This document shows positions 14,918-20,000 of a stretch of DNA of 20,000 bases, piece after piece; the first letter of the stretch is position 1; every line of letters starts with the position of its first letter. The stretch lies in IMG/VR virus record IMGVR_UViG_3300027374_000252; one strand, given 5' to 3'. The notes below the pieces were generated by a model. The model made no database searches and was not told where the DNA came from. It was given only the letters and a program-made list of their open reading frames with translations. The position numbers were made by a program, and so were the translations under genes. The DNA is from an uncultured virus (IMG/VR IMGVR_UViG_3300027374_000252) (Duplodnaviria > Heunggongvirae > Uroviricota > Caudoviricetes).

Positions 14918-15724
14918 ATGAAAAAAACGGCAATTAAATTTTTATTATCGTTCATGTGCGTGGCTGCAGCAGTGCCCGCGTCGGCTCAGTTCAATCTTAA
15001 AAAGGCTATCGGCGGTGCTACCAAAGCCGTACAGGCCGCTACACTTACCGATGCCCAGATGGCTGAGTATGTAAAGGAATCGGTCGACTGGATGGACAAG
15101 AACAATCCCGTCACTCCCGACGACAATCCATACACCATCCGCCTGAAGAAACTCACCGAGGGTATCACTGAAGCCGACGGTATACCATTGAATTTCAAGG
15201 TATACGATGTAATCGACGTGAATGCTTTCGCATGCCCCGACGGCAGTGTGCGTGTGTTCTCATCGCTGATGGACATTATGAGCGACGACGAACTGCTCGG
15301 CATCATCGGTCATGAAATCGGTCATGTGATGAAGCATCACTCAAAGAACGCTTTCCGCACTCAGCTGCTTACCGACGCGCTGAAGGACGGTATCGCCTCG
15401 ACAGGCGGCAAGGCTGCCGCTCTTACCGAATCGCAGCTCGGCACTCTCGGCTCGGGACTTATCAATGCCAAGTTCTCGCAGAAGCAGGAGAATGAGGCCG
15501 ACAACTGCGGCTATGATTTTCTCGTGTCGAAGGGCAAGAATCCCTGGGGCATGGTGATGGCTTTCGAGAAGTTCCTCAAGATGGAGGGTGAGAATGGCGG
15601 CAAGTCGTCGTATGTGACCAAGATGTTTTCATCACACCCCGAGACTCAGGCGCGTATCGACAAGATGACAAAGCGTTGTCAGGCCGACGGCTTCCAGCGT
15701 CCCGCCGCCGAGAAGAGTAAGTAA
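14918..15724 (+). CDS. M48-family Zn metallopeptidase (LoiP/YggG-like), secreted
   Basis: Signal peptide, VNAFACPDG, HEIGH zinc motif, FSQKQENEAD, SSHP. Confidence 0.93.
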   Translation: MKKTAIKFLLSFMCVAAAVPASAQFNLKKAIGGATKAVQAATLTDAQMAEYVKESVDWMDKNNPVTPDDNPYTIRLKKLTEGITEADGIPLNFKVYDVIDVNAFACPDGSVRVFSSLMDIMSDDELLGIIGHEIGHVMKHHSKNAFRTQLLTDALKDGIASTGGKAAALTESQLGTLGSGLINAKFSQKQENEADNCGYDFLVSKGKNPWGMVMAFEKFLKMEGENGGKSSYVTKMFSSHPETQARIDKMTKRCQADGFQRPAAEKSK

Positions 15725-15751
15725 TCGCATCGGCTGTTGCGACAGACAGAT

Positions 15752-15797
15752 ACCATAATAATAGGGCCACCCGACCGGGTGGCCCTATTATTATGGT
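15752..15797. terminator. Bidirectional terminator between convergent genes
   Basis: Perfect 22-bp inverted repeat ACCATAATAATAGGGCCACCCG-ac-CGGGTGGCCCTATTATTATGGT. Confidence 0.85.
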
Positions 15798-15850
15798 CGA
15801 TTGGGACTTATCGTAGGGGATTGTGCCTTAGCAGAGGGGCAGAGTGGACG

Positions 15851-18800
15851 TCAGTCGTGGACAGGACGCACGGTAAGGCCGTAGCTGTTGTTTGAAGTGG
15901 TGCATGCGGTAGCCGGAACCAGCGTGTTCCTGTTGATGTCTTCTGCCTTGTAATGACTTTGACAAGTGGTCTGTAACGCGCCGTTGTAGTAGTATTCAAA
16001 TCGGTTGTCAATAAGATATACCATAGTCTGTTCGCCCTTTAATGAGGATGTACTCACATACGTAATCATACGAAATGCAGGATATGTCTGATCTTTCAGA
16101 GAATACTTGTCGGTGAAATCATCGGCTCGTGAGGCTGTGTATTTGGTCATTGTGCCGAATACTGTATACCGCAGGCTCATGTTGCGCATGCCGGTGGCCG
16201 GGAAGCGGATTGACCCTCCCGGATATGTTACCGTCCAGGCATGGTCGCTGAATTTTGCCGAGGTCTTGTAGTCAGCCAGTTGATATGCTTTATTTTCTGA
16301 GGCTTTGTCGGCCGACGCTGCAAGAGCCGAGAACACATAGGCCTGAGGCACATGGTAGCCCGCAGGACAGGGGTCGTAGATTGATTTGGTAACAGTCTGT
16401 TCGTTTGCTTTTTTATCTGTTGCAGCCGGATTCCACATCTGGAACATGTCACCATTATTGCCTGATATATACGAGGGTATGTTGACATCCTTATCCACTT
16501 TGTATAAGGTGTGCCAATGGTTTCTGTATTTGCTGAAAATTTTTCCGTTGCTGTCTTTGATTTTGTCATCATATTTGCTCATCACGAAGCGGTAGGGATA
16601 CTTTATTGTATAGTCGATGGTGACGCCTCTTTCTTCTCCAAGGTCCGATATGCTTGTGCCGGGTTTGTTGCGAGAGAAGTCGTACGACACCCCATCCTTG
16701 TTGTAGGCGTTGAATGTCGGCTTGTTCTCCATGCTCATCTCTGTGTAGTTCGGGCTACTGGTATCGATATTGTATATGTCGGTCTTGTCGTTGTATATGC
16801 CGCCGAGCATCGGGTCTTTGCGGCCCCATTGGTAGTAGGTGTTGTCGCCGCCGAGCGATCCTTTGAACTCGGCTTGTGTGAATGGCGTTGTGGTGCAGTC
16901 GATTTTCTTGTCAGAGGCTTTGCCATCCTTGTAGATATAAAACGAGTTGCATGCCACGGGCGCGCTGCTACCTGTGATTTTGCTACAGTCGAGCCTGAAG
17001 CGTATCCTTATCTTGCGAGAGTCGTTGCCGTTGTGTGGGTCGCAGTATCCGAGATTGCAGGCGGTCAGATAATATGTATTGCCGGTTGGGGTAGAGGATG
17101 TGCCGCTTCCGGTTCGCGATTCCAGTTTGTGGCACGCCGCTTTGCCCTGTACCATCCATTCGTCGCGGTGCTGTGTGACCCATATGTGCCAGCTCCACAC
17201 TATCTCGCCTGCAGGATCGCGTGCCACGAGCAGCGCGTTGCCCTGGGTGATTGAGTGTTTGCGCACGCGGAATCGTATCCATTTCAGTCCGGCTATTGGT
17301 TGATTTTTGTCGAGTATCTCTACTTCGTCGATGAGGTCGGGCGCGTCCTGCCAGGCGAGCACGGCATCATTTATGTCGGACGCTGCAGGTGCCGGCGATG
17401 ATATCTGCCGGCATTTGTAGTCGACAAAATAGGTCATACCCGGGGATGTGGTGTTTTGGTTGACGGTGTAGGCCGCGGGGTTGTTGTAGGCGTTGCCGTA
17501 GACTATCGGGAAGCAGTAGTAGCCGGGTTGGTCCACGAGGTAGCAGTTGGCGGTCTCCCCCTTGGTATCGTCGAGCAGATTGTGGGGATTCTCGCGGGTG
17601 CCCTTGCATGTGGCTCTCTTGGTCAGTGTGCCGCTCAGGGTGGTGAAGTCGGACTGCGGGGCCAGGGCGAATGTGCCCTTGTAGAGGGTAAATCCGTCGG
17701 GCGATTCGTGCCATTCCACCATGCGCTGTGCGGTTCCCGAGGCCGAAGCTGTGGCGTCGGATGCGGGGTCGGGGTCGTAGACTGCCGGGGTTGATTCCCA
17801 CGATGTGCCTCCGTCGAGAGAGTATTCGATGTCGGGACGCGGCAGCTCGATATACTGGATGCCATTGACTCCGTTCTGTGTCACAGCCACATATGCCTTG
17901 ATTTCAGAGTCGTGCCATGTGCCTGAGTAGGGGAGCACATCGGTGGCGGGGTCTTTGCTGAATAGAACAGTCGGGGTGATGTGGATGCTCGACGGCGACA
18001 GCGAGTAGGTGACAACCTTGCCTGCAGGCCATGTCTTTCCGGCCAAGGATGCCGATAGGGTGCGGGCGGTGCCTGTAAGGTCGTCGGTGAATTTTATGGT
18101 CAGTCGTGCTCCCTCGGGGAGGGTCTGGGGTATGAGCAGCATGGTGAGGTCGCCGGTCTCGCCGGTGATTTCGGTCTTGTCGGGTATGTCGCCGATTATC
18201 TCGCCCTTTTTGTTGCCGGTGTCGCCTGCGGGCTTATAGCCCGAGTTGCTCTCTTCGGGCGACAGGGTGAGGTCGCGTGTCACCTTGTAGGTGGCCTTGG
18301 CATCGGTAGGCACCCACGTTCCTCCTGCGGGAGTGGGGGTGAATGTTCCTGAGCCGTACACTCCGCTTATTTCCACGTCGGTGATTTTGCCGGGGAGCAT
18401 GTCGGATGCGGCCACAATCTTTACGGCGGTGAGGGCGTGGCGGAAGTTGAGCGTCACGTCGGGAGATGTGGCGTCGGTGCATGCGGCCATTATGTCGGTC
18501 TGCTTTTTGACGTCGGTGGGTACGGTATATGTTATCTTCGGTGAGCCTGGCTGTGTGGAGGATGAGAGGATGAATGCACCGGCTGCGTCAGATTGTGAAT
18601 TTTCGGCGATAGGGGCAAAGGCGAAGAAGCGGACTTTGCCGCCTGCGGGCCATTGCAGGGTGGTGCCGTCGGCTGTGGAGCCGTTGACGGTGTAGGTGAG
18701 GTTGTAGGCGAAGTCGGGAGTCCATGTTATGTCGGCTTCGTCGGAGGGGTATTCTCCGGGGTAGCATATGGCGCTTAGGGAGAATGATGACACCGACTTG

Positions 18801-19096
18801 GCGAGCGCGCCTCTCGACTGAGCGGCGGGGGCTGTGGCTTGGTTGTCGGCTTCGAATGTGTGCAGATATAAAGGGGTGTCACCGTCGGAGGTGTCGGTGG
18901 CTTCAATCGATATGCAGCGCGAGGCAGAGTTATCGGTGTCATCGTTGCCGCCGGTCCATTGTGTGGGCGCGTCGATATTGAAAATCACGTTGCCCGATGT
19001 GCGCAGGTCGTTTTCGAAATCGTCGGAGCAGCCGGTGGTGGCTGCGGATATTGCGACAGCCGACAGCATGATGATTCCTTTATATATGCGGTTCAT
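15851..19096 (-). CDS. Fimbrillin-family (Mfa-like, type V pilus) lipoprotein, 1081 aa, probable tip adhesin
   Basis: Lipobox TGCSDD, SRG processing site, FFAFAP, LNFRHALT, LLIPQTL; C-terminal ANCY, WSWHIW, YYQWGRKDP, DPCPAGYHVP, GLTVRPV. Confidence 0.88.
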   Translation of the reverse strand: MNRIYKGIIMLSAVAISAATTGCSDDFENDLRTSGNVIFNIDAPTQWTGGNDDTDNSASRCISIEATDTSDGDTPLYLHTFEADNQATAPAAQSRGALAKSVSSFSLSAICYPGEYPSDEADITWTPDFAYNLTYTVNGSTADGTTLQWPAGGKVRFFAFAPIAENSQSDAAGAFILSSSTQPGSPKITYTVPTDVKKQTDIMAACTDATSPDVTLNFRHALTAVKIVAASDMLPGKITDVEISGVYGSGTFTPTPAGGTWVPTDAKATYKVTRDLTLSPEESNSGYKPAGDTGNKKGEIIGDIPDKTEITGETGDLTMLLIPQTLPEGARLTIKFTDDLTGTARTLSASLAGKTWPAGKVVTYSLSPSSIHITPTVLFSKDPATDVLPYSGTWHDSEIKAYVAVTQNGVNGIQYIELPRPDIEYSLDGGTSWESTPAVYDPDPASDATASASGTAQRMVEWHESPDGFTLYKGTFALAPQSDFTTLSGTLTKRATCKGTRENPHNLLDDTKGETANCYLVDQPGYYCFPIVYGNAYNNPAAYTVNQNTTSPGMTYFVDYKCRQISSPAPAASDINDAVLAWQDAPDLIDEVEILDKNQPIAGLKWIRFRVRKHSITQGNALLVARDPAGEIVWSWHIWVTQHRDEWMVQGKAACHKLESRTGSGTSSTPTGNTYYLTACNLGYCDPHNGNDSRKIRIRFRLDCSKITGSSAPVACNSFYIYKDGKASDKKIDCTTTPFTQAEFKGSLGGDNTYYQWGRKDPMLGGIYNDKTDIYNIDTSSPNYTEMSMENKPTFNAYNKDGVSYDFSRNKPGTSISDLGEERGVTIDYTIKYPYRFVMSKYDDKIKDSNGKIFSKYRNHWHTLYKVDKDVNIPSYISGNNGDMFQMWNPAATDKKANEQTVTKSIYDPCPAGYHVPQAYVFSALAASADKASENKAYQLADYKTSAKFSDHAWTVTYPGGSIRFPATGMRNMSLRYTVFGTMTKYTASRADDFTDKYSLKDQTYPAFRMITYVSTSSLKGEQTMVYLIDNRFEYYYNGALQTTCQSHYKAEDINRNTLVPATACTTSNNSYGLTVRPVHD

Positions 19097-19156
19097 TGTG
19101 TAATGATTTGGGTTGTGTGGAGGGATAGCAGTGCCGCTATGCGGCAGAGTGATTTG

Positions 19157-19191
19157 AAAGGGGGAGGCATAATGAGATGCCTCCCCTCTTT
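19157..19191 (-). terminator. Intergenic stem-loop (partial terminator or mRNA stabiliser) between fimbrillin genes
   Basis: GGGGAGGCAT-N6-ATGCCTCCCC flanked by AAAG and CTTT. Confidence 0.65.
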
Positions 19192-19221
19192 ATAATGATG
19201 GTTGCAAGTGAAATCGTGTGA

Positions 19222-20000
19222 TTAGAGGTTGACGTTGCCGTCTGTCCATTCGCTGCCGGCATTCGCCCAGTCAGAAACAGTGACGTTGAACTTGATAGGC
19301 TCTTCAAGTACTGGATCACCGACCTTCTTTCCATCAGGTCTATTGGTTACTACTTTGATTTTAGTATTGTCGCCCTCGGTTTCTGAACTGGGAATGAGTT
19401 TATTTATATAGGCTTTTACCGCATCTGTGGTTGTCGGGATATTGGGAGGATAAACACCGGCTCCTGAGCTGGCTCCACAGATATCAAGATTATAGCTATA
19501 TTTTTTGCCCATTGACCATGTGGATTTTAATGGAACGCATGAGAATCCATACTCCTCTGCATGATATTTCCCATCTGTTGATACAGGGAATTGCTGATGA
19601 TAGTGGTTTGTGCCATCAACGCCTATGTCTGATAGATCTGCTCCATCATGGGTAGCGCCAGGGTGCTTTAGTTCTACGCGGCATAGAAGAAGTATATAGG
19701 CATTGTTTGTGGTAATATCCTTTCCATTCCATTCGTTAAGTTGTTGCGGCATAAGCATAAGTGAACTGCTGAGCAAATCGGATGCATTGTCGGAACTTAA
19801 TTCTATGGCACTGGAGAAATAGGAGCCAAAGGACTCAGTGCCGGAAAGTGTCCACTCATTGTTTTCTTTGGCTGTGTTTGTGTCTTTATCATAGGCATAT
19901 CCGGCAGATAGATTACCTGTGCCATTGGCATTTACAATCCATGCACCTTTTACTTTTACGATGCGGGAGTCATTGCCTGCTTTGTCTTTTTGGATGGCAT
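19222..20000 (-). CDS. Fimbrillin-family protein, C-terminal part (starts beyond the right edge)
   Basis: Frame open to the window edge; LMLMPQ, WSMGKKYSYNLD, PIKFNVTVSDW. Confidence 0.87.
   Translation of the reverse strand, partial: AIQKDKAGNDSRIVKVKGAWIVNANGTGNLSAGYAYDKDTNTAKENNEWTLSGTESFGSYFSSAIELSSDNASDLLSSSLMLMPQQLNEWNGKDITTNNAYILLLCRVELKHPGATHDGADLSDIGVDGTNHYHQQFPVSTDGKYHAEEYGFSCVPLKSTWSMGKKYSYNLDICGASSGAGVYPPNIPTTTDAVKAYINKLIPSSETEGDNTKIKVVTNRPDGKKVGDPVLEEPIKFNVTVSDWANAGSEWTDGNVNL

Noticed and set aside
15851..16000. Diversity-generating retroelement variable region at the adhesin C-terminus (SNNSYGLTVRPV)
   Set aside because: The ending resembles lectin-fold DGR targets, but no template repeat or reverse transcriptase is in the window

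Overview
Bacteroidales DNA, judged from TAnnTTTG promoters, fimbrillin lipoproteins and DUF4373-type proteins. Positions 1 to about 14.8 kb are the early/immunity end of a temperate prophage. A long minus-strand operon runs cro-like HTH, excisionase-like HTH, small ORFs, a ~600-nt structured non-coding stretch with two tRNA-shaped elements, RecT, a coiled-coil protein, a PD-(D/E)XK nuclease-like protein carrying a 3 x 75-bp in-frame palindromic insertion, a SNF2 helicase, a protein starting with an RpoB-like segment, a DUF1064 nuclease, a DUF4373 replication initiator, a C5 DNA methyltransferase and hypothetical proteins. It is divergent from a CI-like S24 repressor followed by small accessory genes. 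No integrase is visible at this end. From about 14.9 kb the window looks like host chromosome: an M48 metallopeptidase converging on two fimbrillin-family (type V pilus) genes. The most unusual signals are the non-decoding tRNA-like elements upstream of a terminator and recT, the phage protein with an apparent copy of a Bacteroidetes RNA polymerase beta segment, and the in-frame palindromic tandem repeat. All family assignments come from motif recognition by eye; no searches were run.
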